Source: an uncultured delta proteobacterium (GTDB lineage: Bacteria > Myxococcota_A > Polyangia > Palsa-1104). From it: a stretch of 64,000 nucleotides of DNA. A model generated the notes under the pieces. That model was not told the origin of the DNA. It made no database searches and saw nothing but the letters and a program-made list of their open reading frames with translations. The translations under genes were made by a program, and so were the position numbers. This document shows, in pieces, positions 47,958 to 57,398 of this stretch. The stretch spans positions 265,703 through 329,702 of the forward strand of contig CAWAWS010000002.1 of assembly GCA_963785725.1 (NCBI GenBank), written 5' to 3'. Within the stretch, counting starts at the first letter, position 1, and every line of letters begins with the position of its first letter.

Positions 47958-49993
47958 TGCTCCTTGGTGTCCGGTTGCTGCGCGGAAGGCTTGCCGTCAG
48001 ACGACTTGCCGTCATTGGGAGTTTCAGGCGCTTCGGGCTTCGCGTCCTCGAGGATGTGGAACTCGACGCGGCGATTGGCTTCGCGGCCCGCTTTGGTCTT
48101 GTTGTCGGCGATCGGCATCGTCGGGCCGTAACCGCCGGCGATCATGCGCGCGGGCTCGACGCCCTTCTTGATGAGGTAGAGCCGCACCGACTCGGCGCGC
48201 TCCTTCGACAGCTGGATGTTGTGCTCCATGTCGCCTTGCGAATCGGTGTGGCCCTGCACCTCGACCTTGAGCTCGGAGTGGCCGCGCAAGAGCTGCGCAA
48301 CCTGATCGAGCAGCCCGAAGCTGACCGGCTGAATCGTCGCCTTGTTGGTGTCGAAGAAGACCTTGTCCAAGATGACGATCTGCTTCTTGGCGACGTCGAG
48401 CTTCACCTTCGCCGGCGGGCCGGAGTCGGGGCAGCCGTCCTCGTCCTGGAACCCGTTGATGGTCTCGGGCTCGTTCGGGCACTTGTCGTCCTTGTCGAGG
48501 ACGCCGTCCTTGTCGTTGTCGGGATCGGGGCAGCCGTCGTCGTCCTGGAATCCGTCCATGTCCTCGGGCGCGTTCGGGCATTGGTCGAAGCTGTCCGGGA
48601 TCCCGTCGTTGTCGTTGTCGGGATCGGGGCAGCCGTCGTCGTCCTGGAATCCGTCCTTGTCCTCGGGATCGTTGGGGCACTTGTCGATGGCGTCGGGGAT
48701 GCCGTCGCCGTCGGAGTCGGTCTTGGTCGCCGGGCAGCCGTCGTTGGGCTTGGGCGGCTTGTGATCTTCGGGATCGTTCGGGCAGGCGTCGTGCAAGTCG
48801 TCGATGCCGTCGTTGTCGTTGTCGGGCTCGGGGCAGCCGTCCTCGTCCTGGAAGTGGTCGAAGTCCTCCGGCTGATTCGGGCACTTGTCGTTGACGTCGG
48901 GGATGGTGTCGCGATCGTTGTCGGGATCGGGGCAGCCGTCCTTGTCCTCGAAGCCGTCTTTGTCTTCCGGCTCGTCGGGGCACTGGTCGACGCTGTCGGG
49001 CACGCCGTCGTGATCGCGATCGAGGAAGCTCGGCGACCACACGAAGCCCATGAACACGCGCGGCGACGACGAGCCCAAGCCGGCGACGATGCCCGAGCCG
49101 ACGCCGACGTTGAGCGACAGGCCGTAGATGATGGTGATCTTGCCGGCGACGTCGAACTCGAGCGGGTTGGCGTTCACCTTGCTCGAGAAGTCGTGGTCGC
49201 CGTAGATCTCGGCGAGCAGCGTGAAGCGCGAGCGCACGACGTCGTAGGCGAAGGCGCCGCCGTAGCTCAGCGCCACCGGGCCCACCGTCGTCGAGAAGAA
49301 GTGCGACGTATGCGCGTACCACTGCACGCCGAAGAAGACGCCGGCGCGCCAGCGATCGCCTTCCCAGCCGCCGAGCAGTCGGCCCTCGCCGGCGAAGCCC
49401 GAGAAGTGGTCCTGCCCGCCGAACTCTTTGTCGTTGCCGATGGGGATGCTGAGCCAATGCGACAGCGACAGCTCGAAGCCGCGCTCTTTGCCGTACAGGC
49501 GCGCCTTCAAGTGGATGCGCGGATCGCCGAGCGCGAAGCCCGACGGCGCCGCGACGTGCGTGCCGCCCGGCGGCGGGTTGGTGTCGTTGAAGCTCTGGCC
49601 CGCTTGATACAGCGTCATCGGCCAGGCGAGGGCTATTTGAAAGCGATCCCAGAGCCCGATCGCCGCCCAGATGTCCATCGACAGCGCGTGCTCGAGCAGC
49701 TGCGCGCGCGCCGCTGTCTCCTTCTGCGTCGTCGGGTTGTAGCCAAAGATCGAGAACTCGTCGTGCGCGTAGTCGAAGAAAAGACCGAGCCCGTACGATT
49801 TATGCCGTAACGGAATCGCCGGCTCGACGGTGATGAACTCGTCGGGGCCGGGCGCTGGATGAAAGAGCTGCGGATTGAACGAGCGATCTTGGGGTGCCAC
49901 CGTTTGCGCGCGCACCACCGCCGGCAACGACGCCAGCATCGTGGAGGTCACGCACAGCAGCAGGGCCGCCCCTCTCGGCCGCAGACTCGACAT
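47954..49993 (-). CDS. OmpA family outer-membrane protein with beta-barrel and thrombospondin type 3 repeats (TraB-like architecture)
   Basis: Signal peptide; amphipathic beta strands; six DxDxDGxxDxxDxCP..PED.DGF.D.DGCP units; VFFDT, QGHTD, LSKERA, NRRVEF. Confidence 0.9.
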   Translation of the reverse strand: MSSLRPRGAALLLCVTSTMLASLPAVVRAQTVAPQDRSFNPQLFHPAPGPDEFITVEPAIPLRHKSYGLGLFFDYAHDEFSIFGYNPTTQKETAARAQLLEHALSMDIWAAIGLWDRFQIALAWPMTLYQAGQSFNDTNPPPGGTHVAAPSGFALGDPRIHLKARLYGKERGFELSLSHWLSIPIGNDKEFGGQDHFSGFAGEGRLLGGWEGDRWRAGVFFGVQWYAHTSHFFSTTVGPVALSYGGAFAYDVVRSRFTLLAEIYGDHDFSSKVNANPLEFDVAGKITIIYGLSLNVGVGSGIVAGLGSSSPRVFMGFVWSPSFLDRDHDGVPDSVDQCPDEPEDKDGFEDKDGCPDPDNDRDTIPDVNDKCPNQPEDFDHFQDEDGCPEPDNDNDGIDDLHDACPNDPEDHKPPKPNDGCPATKTDSDGDGIPDAIDKCPNDPEDKDGFQDDDGCPDPDNDNDGIPDSFDQCPNAPEDMDGFQDDDGCPDPDNDKDGVLDKDDKCPNEPETINGFQDEDGCPDSGPPAKVKLDVAKKQIVILDKVFFDTNKATIQPVSFGLLDQVAQLLRGHSELKVEVQGHTDSQGDMEHNIQLSKERAESVRLYLIKKGVEPARMIAGGYGPTMPIADNKTKAGREANRRVEFHILEDAKPEAPETPNDGKSSDGKPSAQQPDTKEQ
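48430..49025 (-). repeat. Coding tandem repeat: six ~99-bp thrombospondin type 3 units
   Basis: Recurring gtcgggatcggggcagccgtc / tcctggaa blocks encoding DGCPDPDND. Confidence 0.85.
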
Positions 49994-50131
49994 GTGCTCG
50001 GCATCGTAAGCAGTTGTGATGATTCCTGTAAACAAGATTCGTACGCCTGATTACTGTAGAAACGCGAGCTTCTATTGGTGCGGCTCCGCACGGGACGGCG
50101 ATCATGGGTAGCCTCTGTTACACTGCCGGCC

Positions 50132-51753
50132 GTGCCGAACTGCCCAACTTGCGGCGACCCGCTCGCCGACAACGCGCGCTTTTGCCCGAAGGACGGGACG
50201 ACCGTGCGTCCTGACACCGCGCCGATCTTCGAGCATCCGGAGGTGCTGCTGCAGGGCGTCACGACGACCACGACCGTGCAAGGCAAGGCGAGCGCCAGCG
50301 GAAAACGCGAAGCGCCGCCCGATCCGCTGCCGGGCGCGATCTTGGACGGCCGCTATCACGTCCGGCAGCGGCTCGGCCAAGGCGGCGTGGGCGCGGTCTA
50401 CGAAGGCGAGCACGTCGAGACCCATCGCCACGTCGCCATCAAAGTCCTGCACGCCGTCTTCGCGGGCACGGGCGAGTTCCACAAGCGGTTCGAGCGCGAG
50501 GCGCGGGCGGCGTCGAAGCTGAGCCATCCGGCGTGCGTCAGCGTCATCGACTACGGGCGCATCGAGCGCGTCGAGCCGGTGCACGTGGGCCAAAAGCTCC
50601 TCGGCGTGCCCTACCTCGTCATGGAGCTGGTGCGCGGACACTCGCTGGCGGAGCGGCTGACGCAGACGATGACGGCGCCCGAAGCGGTCGGTGATCGCGC
50701 GCGGCGTGGCCTCGGCGCTCAAGCACGCGCACGGGCTCGGCATCATCCATCGCGACATCAAGCCGGCGAACGTCATGCTCGTCGACGGCAGCGGCACCGG
50801 CTTCGTCGTCAAGCTGCTCGACTTCGGGCTCGCCAAAGTGGCCGACGACGGCGATCATGAGCAGCTGACGCAGGCGGGCACGGTGTTCGGCACGCCCGGC
50901 TATCTCAGCCCGGAGCAAGCGGGCGGCCTGCCCGCCGACGCGCGCAGCGACCTGTACGCGCTCGGCATCATGCTCTTCGAGCTCGTCGCCGGGCGGCGGC
51001 CGTTCGTGCGCAAAGATCCGATCGAGGTCGTCAAAGATCATCTGCACACGCCGCCGCCGTCGCCGCGGAGCTTGGGCGCGCCGATCTCGGATGAGCTCGA
51101 GGCGGTGATCTTGCGCGCGCTCGCCAAGGAGCCGGACAAGCGCTGGCAGACGGCCGACGACTTCTCGCGCGCGCTCGCCAATACGCCGGAGGGTGGCCAT
51201 CCGGCACCGCAGCATGCGCAGCCGGTGCCGACGCACGTTCCCGTCGAGCGCTCGGCGACGATGCGCGTCAAGGCCTTGTGGCAGCGGGTGCCGCGCAATC
51301 GGCAGGCGCTCGTGCTCGGCGGCGTCGTGCTGGCGGTGATCTTGACGATGACCGTCGTCGTCGTGTCGGCGGCGCGCAAGCACGATCCGGCGCGGCTGAC
51401 GACGCTGCCGGCGCCGCCGGTGCAGGCGATGCCGCTTCATCCCCGAAGACGCGCTCCGCCACCTACAACAAGCGGTCGGCTATCAGCGGCGGCTGTGGTG
51501 CTCGAACGCGCTCGAGGAGCTGGAAGCGGCGCTGCGCGAGGCGCCGGCGCTCGGCTCCGACGTGACGCTGCAGCATACGGCGATCGCCTGCTTGACACCG
51601 AAGACGCGCGACAAGGCGCTGCGCTTCGTCGTCGAGCGGCTGGGCGAGGCGGCGCGACCGGCGCTGGAGACCGCCGCCACCGACGCCAACCCCGACGTCA
51701 GGCGCGGCGCGAAGTTGGCGCTCGATCGGATGACCGGACGTTTACCGCAATAA
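50132..51753 (+). CDS. Ser/Thr protein kinase with N-terminal zinc ribbon, TM helix and helical C-terminus; frameshifts near 50690 and 51435
   Basis: CPTC...FCPKDG, GQGGVG, VAIK in one frame; HRDIKPAN, DFG, GTPGYLSPEQ in the next; C-terminal HEAT-like DANPDVRRGA. Confidence 0.85.
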
Positions 51754-51777
51754 TCGGCTTAGGTACAATTGACGACG

Positions 51778-52515
51778 ATGCACCGCATCCTGCTCTACAA
51801 AACCGGAGAGACCGATCCGGCGCTCTTGCCGCAGATCGGAGATTACGAGCGCTGGTTCGCGCGCGTGCTCGGGTCGTCGCACACGCTGGAGATTCACCGC
51901 GCGTTCGACAAGCCGAAGCACACGATCGACGGCTACGACGGCATGGTCATCACGGGCTCGCCCCGCTCGCTCGTCAACCCCGAGCCGTGGATGGACGACG
52001 CGGCCGAGTTCATCCGCTCGGCCGCTGACGCCGGCGTGCCGGTGCTCGGCGTCTGCTTCGGCCATCAGCTCATCGGTTACACCTACGGCGGACGCGTGCG
52101 GCAGAACCCGAACGGCTGGGAAGTCGGCACCGTCGACGTCGCGCTCACCGACGAAGGCGCGCGCGATCCGCTGTTCGCCGGCGTGCCGGCGGCGCTGCGC
52201 GTGAATCAGTCGCACCAGGACGAAGTCGCGACGCTGGGGCCGACGACGACGCTGTTGGCGGCCAGCGCGCACACGGCGACGCAGGCGATCGCCGTCGGCG
52301 AGCACGTGCGCGGCGTGCAGTTTCATCCGGAGATGGACGCGCTCGTCATCCAGCGCATCGTCGAGCATCGGCGGCGCATCCTGCTCGACGACGCGCGGCG
52401 CCGCTGCCGCGACGGCTTCTGCGTCGATCGCGTCATCGCCGGCGCCGGCGATTGCCCCGACGGCGAGCGCGTGCTCGTCAACTTCGTCGAGCACTTCGTG
52501 CGGCAAGCCGCCTGA
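51778..52515 (+). CDS. Class I glutamine amidotransferase-like protein
   Basis: ITGSP, LGVCFGHQL, SHQD, VQFHPE. Confidence 0.9.
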   Translation: MHRILLYKTGETDPALLPQIGDYERWFARVLGSSHTLEIHRAFDKPKHTIDGYDGMVITGSPRSLVNPEPWMDDAAEFIRSAADAGVPVLGVCFGHQLIGYTYGGRVRQNPNGWEVGTVDVALTDEGARDPLFAGVPAALRVNQSHQDEVATLGPTTTLLAASAHTATQAIAVGEHVRGVQFHPEMDALVIQRIVEHRRRILLDDARRRCRDGFCVDRVIAGAGDCPDGERVLVNFVEHFVRQAA

Positions 52516-52536
52516 ACCGCGGCTGCGCGCCGGCTT

Positions 52537-53331
52537 TTAGCGCGGCAGGCGCAGCCAGACGTCGAAGCCGAGCTCGGCGTGGAAGCCGAGCTTGCGATAC
52601 ATGTCCTTCGGCGAATCGTCGGCGCGCGCGATCAAGTAGACGAGGTCGGCGCCAGCGGCGCGAGCGCGCTCGACCGAGTCGATGACGAGCGTGCGGCCGA
52701 CGCCGCGCCGCCGCGCCTCGGGCAGCGTGCCCACCGAAAACACGCTGGCGACGCCGCGATGCATGGCGAGCCCGACGGTGCCGACGGTGCGGCCGTCGCG
52801 GTCGGCCACGAACACGTCGAGCGCCCCACGCTCGCTCTTGGCGCGCATCGAGCCCACGATCTCCATCGAAACCGACGGCGCGTACCACGCTTCCTCGCGG
52901 TTCATGCGGTCCATCGCGAACGCGAACGCGTCCCACGGCGCCTCTTGCGGCACCTTGCGCAGCCGCACGCCCGGCGCCTTGGCGCGCAAGAGCGGCCCCG
53001 ACAGCATCATCGCCAGCAGGCGATCGCGCACGAAGCCGCGCCGGCGCAGCGACGGAGCCAGCGCATCGGGCACGTCGGCGCCGTCGAGCGTCAGCTGCAG
53101 ATGGCGCGCACCGACGGCGCGCAGCGGCACCGCCAGCGACTCCAAGTCCTCGTCGAGCGTCTCTTCGCGCAAGCGCGCTCGCCGCACCAAATTCGCGTCG
53201 TAGACGTGCGGGAACGCCGCCTGCCGAATCACGCGCCCCGCCGGCAGCGCGAGGACCTCGGCGCCCGCTTCGGCGAGCGCGTCCTCGGCCGCGCAGATGC
53301 GGTCGACGACGGATGAAGATCGGGCCAGCAC
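52537..53331 (-). CDS. GNAT family N-acetyltransferase
   Basis: VGTLPEARRRGVG acetyl-CoA motif, MYRKLGF. Confidence 0.85.
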   Translation of the reverse strand: MLARSSSVVDRICAAEDALAEAGAEVLALPAGRVIRQAAFPHVYDANLVRRARLREETLDEDLESLAVPLRAVGARHLQLTLDGADVPDALAPSLRRRGFVRDRLLAMMLSGPLLRAKAPGVRLRKVPQEAPWDAFAFAMDRMNREEAWYAPSVSMEIVGSMRAKSERGALDVFVADRDGRTVGTVGLAMHRGVASVFSVGTLPEARRRGVGRTLVIDSVERARAAGADLVYLIARADDSPKDMYRKLGFHAELGFDVWLRLPR

Positions 53332-53466
53332 AGGCGAATATTCGGTGCCCGCCGTCCCGTCGTCAAGTGTACTCCTGTCGACGGTGACCTACAGGCAACA
53401 CCGGACTGTGGCCGGCCGGCGACAGATTCTGGCGGCCGAACGCACCGTAATCACTCGCTCGCTCGG

Positions 53467-53482
53467 TGGCATAGCGGCTGCT
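53467..53482 (+). promoter_or_regulatory. Putative sigma-54 -24/-12 promoter
   Basis: TGGCATAGCGGCTGCT has GG-N10-GC spacing and ends 14 nt before ATG 53497. Confidence 0.5.
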
Positions 53483-53496
53483 CTGTCGTCGCCGCA

Positions 53497-55525
53497 ATGA
53501 AGCACGCCACCCTCGTTACGCTCGTTGCTTTGTCGTCGGCGCCCGCGTTCGCGCAGTCGGTGTGGGTCGCGCCCTCGACGACGAAGGTTCGCCCCACGAC
53601 CGCGTCGGGCACGGCCACGAGCATCGCGCTCGAGGCCGCCGGCAACGAGTTCGAGGCCTTCCACGTCGTCGTCAACGGCGGCGGCGCCGGCGCCAAAGCC
53701 GTCACCGTCAGCGCCGACGCGCTCAGCGACGGCAACGGCAACACCATCTCCGACGTGCGCGTCTACCGCGAGGCTTGGTACAACGTCGCCACCGCCTCCA
53801 ACATCCAAGGCGCGACCGGCAACTGGCCCGACGCGCTCATCCCCGCCGTCGACGAGATCGACAATCAGCCGCGCAACGCCTTCCCCTACGACGTGCCGGC
53901 CAATCAGCAGCAGCCGATGTTCATCGAGTATCACGTGCCGGCGAGCGCGCCGGCCGGCTGGTACGCGGGCGCGGTCCACGTCACCGGCGGCGTCACCGTC
54001 GATGTCCCCGTCAAGATCTACGTGCACGCCTTCTCGTTGCCGTCGACGGCCAGCATCCGCACCGCCTTCGGCATCGGCTGGGACGACCCGTGCATCGCGC
54101 ACTACGGCAGCTATGCGGCCTGCGGCGGCGACGCCGGCACGCAGGCCATGCTCAACAAGTACGCGCGCTTCGCCCTCGACCATCGCGTCTCGTTGACCGA
54201 CGTCGTCTACACCGGCCCCGCCGCCAACAGCGACGGCACCTACGACTGGGCCACGTGGGACGCCACCTACGCCGACATGCTCAACGGCGGCATGGGCGGC
54301 CGGCTCATCGGCGCGCAGCTGACGTCGGTGCGCTTCCACTGGACGCAGGATCAAGCGCACTACGCCGCGTGGGCGCAGCACTTCCGCGCCAACGACTGGT
54401 TCGATCGCACGTTCGATTACACCTGCGACGAGCCGCCGAACGGCTGCGCCTGGAGCGACATTCCGACGCTCGCCGCCGTCGTCCACGCCGGCGACCCCGG
54501 CTTCGAGACGCTGGTGACGACGACCTACACGCAGGCGCTGGCGGCCGGCGTCGTATCCAGCATCGACACGCTCGTTCCCGTCGTCGACTTCGTCGATCCG
54601 ATGCCGCCGCAGACGAACACGCGCGCGACCTACGACGCCTTCTTGGCCACGTCGACGCAAAAGCGCGTGTGGATGTATCAGTCCTGCGACTCGCACGGCT
54701 GCAATAGTCCCGGCGGCGCGCCGACGAGTCGGCTGGCCCAGCTACATGATCGACGCGCCCGCGACGCAGAACCGCGCCATGGAGTGGCAGGCCTGGCGCG
54801 AGAAAGTCTCGGGCGAGCTCTACTACGACACCAGCTACGCCTTCTCGCGCGGCGACGCCTGGACCAACCAGTACTACTTCTACGGCAACGGCGACGGCAC
54901 GCTCTTTTACCCCGGCACGCCCGCGAAGATCGGCGGCACGTCGCAGATTCCGATCGCCAGCCTGCGCTTGAAGATGATCCGCGAAGGCCAGGAAGACTAC
55001 GAGTACCTGAAGCTGCTCAGCGACTCGGGCGACCCGACGATGGCCGACGCCGAAGCCGCCGGTCTGTCGCCCGACGCGTACACGAACATGACGGACCCGG
55101 CGTCGATCGATGCCGCGCGCCACCGCATCGCCGCGCGCATCGAGGCGTTGACGGGGCAGACGTCGTCGATGGGCACGCCGCCGGCCGACGCGAGCAGCGC
55201 CGGCGGCGCGACGACGCCCGGCGGCACCAGCGCGGCGACGACCGGATCGACGAGCGGCAGCACGACCGGCAGCGGCAAGTCGGCGGCGACCGGCCACTCC
55301 GGCGGCTGCGCGCTGGCGACCGGCGCGACCCCGTCGACGCCGGCGTCGTTGGCGCTGACGGCGCTGGCCCTCCTCGCCTTCGCCGCCCGCCGTCGCGTCC
55401 GCCAGGCCGTCCGCCACTCGCCGCTAACGCCGGGCTGCGCGCACGGCCGGCTTGGCCCGCGCGACGCAGCTGACCTGGCCCATTCGACGGCGACGCGACT
55501 GGCGCCGGCGCACCGCCCGTGCTAG
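53497..55525 (+). CDS. DUF4091/GH123-like glycoside hydrolase domain protein with MYXO-CTERM-like tail; frameshift near 54730
   Basis: Signal peptide; AAGNEFEAF, WPDALIP, YTCDEP, WMYQSC; next frame GWPSYMID, GELYY, NGDGTLFYPG, SLRLKMIREGQEDYEY; Ser/Gly/Thr linker then GGC, TM and RRR. Confidence 0.78.
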
Positions 55526-55543
55526 ACGTTCCCGTTTGCATCG

Positions 55544-57034
55544 ATGACCACGCATCACGACGCCCGCGCGCAGCTGCGCAACCGCCTCGACGAGGAGATC
55601 GGCACCATCCGCCGGGAAGCGCCGCGTCGCATGGCGCTCGTCTACCCGAGCCCGTATCACGTCGGCATGTCGTCGCTCGGCTTTCAGACGCTGTATGGCG
55701 CTTCTGAACCGCGAGCCCGATTGGGCGGCCGAGCGCGCCTTTTTGCCCGACGACGTCGACGACTGGCGCCGCTCGCGGTTGCCGCTCTTGACCTACGAGT
55801 CGGAGCAGCCGGTCGGCGGCTTCGAGGTCATCGCCTTCTCGGTCGCCTACGAGCTGGAGCTGACGGGCCTGTTCGACTGCCTCGAGCTGTCGGGCTTGCC
55901 GCTCTTCGCCGACGAGCGCGGCGCGCGGCATCCGCTCGTCGTCGCCGGCGGCCCGCTGACGTTCTCCAACCCGCTGCCGCTCGGCGCCTTCGTCGACGTC
56001 GTCGTGCTCGGCGAGGCGGAAGAGACGGCGCCGGCGCTCTTGCGGCACATCGCCGACGAGCCCAATCGCCAGCGGCTGCTCGAGCGCTTGGCGGCGCTGC
56101 CCGGCTATTGGGTGCCGGCGATTCACGGCGAGCAGCTGCCGCCGATCGGCCAAGCGGAGCACACGTCGCTGCCGGCGCGCTCGATCATCATCACGCCGCA
56201 ACACCGAGCTGCGGTCGATGTTCCTCATCGAGCCCGAGCGCGGCTGCTCGCGCGGCTGCACCTACTGCGTCATGCGGCGCTCGACCAACGGCGGCATGCG
56301 TCTGGTCGCGCCCGACGTCGTGCTCGGCCTCATCCCCGAGCACGCGCGCGCGCGTCGGGCTCGTCGGCGCCGCGGTGACCGACCACCCCAAGATCGCCGA
56401 GATCGTCCGCCGCATCGTCGACAGCGGGCCGCGAAGTCGGCATCTCGTCCCTGCGCGCCGATCGGCTCACCGACGAGCTCGTCGGCCTGCTCGCGCGCGG
56501 CGGCTATCGCACGCTGACGACGGCGTCCGACGGCGCGAGCGAGCGGCTGCGCGAGGAGATCGAGCGCAAGACGAAGGAGAAGCACCTCCTGCGCGCCGCC
56601 GAGCTGGCCAAGGCGCACGGCATGCGCTCGGCTGAAGCTCTACGAGATGGTCGGCCTGCCCGACGGAGCGCGACGACGACATCGACGAGCTGGTGCGCTT
56701 CGCCCGCGAGCTGTCGAAGCTGTTGCCGCTGGCGCTGGGCGTGGCGCCGTTCGTGGCCAAGCGCAACACGCCGCTCGACGGCTCGCCTTTCGCCGGCGTC
56801 AAGCTCGGTCGAGAATCGGCTGGAGCGGCTGCGGCGCGGGCTGCAAGGGCGCCGTCGAGGTGCGGCCGACGTCGGCGCGCTGGGCGTGGATCGAGTATCT
56901 GCTGGCGATGGGCGGCATCGAGGCCGGCCGGCGCGCGCTGCAAGCCCATCGCGGCGGCGGCAGCTTCGCCGCGTGGAAGCGCGCCTTCGCCGACCGCGGC
57001 GCCGAGCGCACGCCAGCTGCGCGTCGTTCAGTAG
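55544..57034 (+). CDS. B12-binding-like radical SAM protein (TIGR03960-related); about 8 single-base frameshifts
   Basis: YPSPYHVGMSSLG, FSVAYELE, AGGP, ERGCSRGCTYC, ISSLRADR, LKLYEMVGLP, PFVAKRNTP are spread across frames. Confidence 0.75.
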
Positions 57035-57194
57035 CGGCGCCGGCAGGAGCGGCTTTCGGGCCCGCTAAACTGCTACGCGCGGTGAGCGCTGCGACGCCCG
57101 CGCGCACGTCGCGCGTCGGCGTCGCCCCTCGGCCGCGCAGCGCGACGGCGGAACCTCGCGCCGAGCACCCTCGTCTATCCCAGCGGAGAATACG

Positions 57195-57356
57195 GTGCGC
57201 ACAACGCTGCTGGCCTTGCTCGTCGCGCTCGCCGCCGCCACCAGTGGCTGCTACACCGAGTACCACGTCCGTCCGACGCAGTGCCGCGCCCGCTGGGTGC
57301 CCGGCCACTACGACACGTTCGGTCGCTGGCACGGCAGCCACTGGCGTTGCGTCTGA
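57195..57356 (+). CDS. Small lipoprotein with WxxGxW-type repeats (53 aa)
   Basis: GGAG RBS; MRTTLLALLVALAAATSGC-YTEYHVRPTQCRARWVPGHYDTFGRWHGSHWRCV*. Confidence 0.7.
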   Translation: MRTTLLALLVALAAATSGCYTEYHVRPTQCRARWVPGHYDTFGRWHGSHWRCV

Positions 57357-57398
57357 TCTTCTAGTGGTAGCGGTAGCGGTAAACGGCTGAAGCGAGCG

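Noticed and set aside
40753..48131. Very long plus-strand ORFs (1053 aa and 1406 aa)
   Set aside because: They are antisense shadows of GC3-biased genes, with Val/Ala/Arg-rich translations and no motifs. The same applies to most overlapping ORFs in the track.
48430..49025. Regularly spaced repeats resembling a CRISPR array
   Set aside because: The repeats are in-frame, degenerate at third positions and encode TSP3 units. No cas genes are present.
43773..49993. Calling the locus canonical traAB
   Set aside because: The MYXO-CTERM protein has a VWA head and MopE-type repeats instead of a recognisable TraA domain, and the gene order differs. OmpA-TSP3 proteins have many paralogues in myxobacteria.
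55700..57010. Programmed ribosomal frameshifting or phase variation
   Set aside because: There are too many sites, no slippery heptamers or long homopolymers, and the pattern fits sequencing error.
57195..57356. RiPP precursor for the flanking radical SAM enzymes
   Set aside because: It has a standard lipoprotein signal and WxxGxW-like repeats. The enzymes show no evident SPASM or RRE domain, and no dedicated peptidase or exporter is adjacent.
57364..57381. GGTAGC short tandem repeat as a REP-like element
   Set aside because: Only about three units and no second copy noticed in the window.
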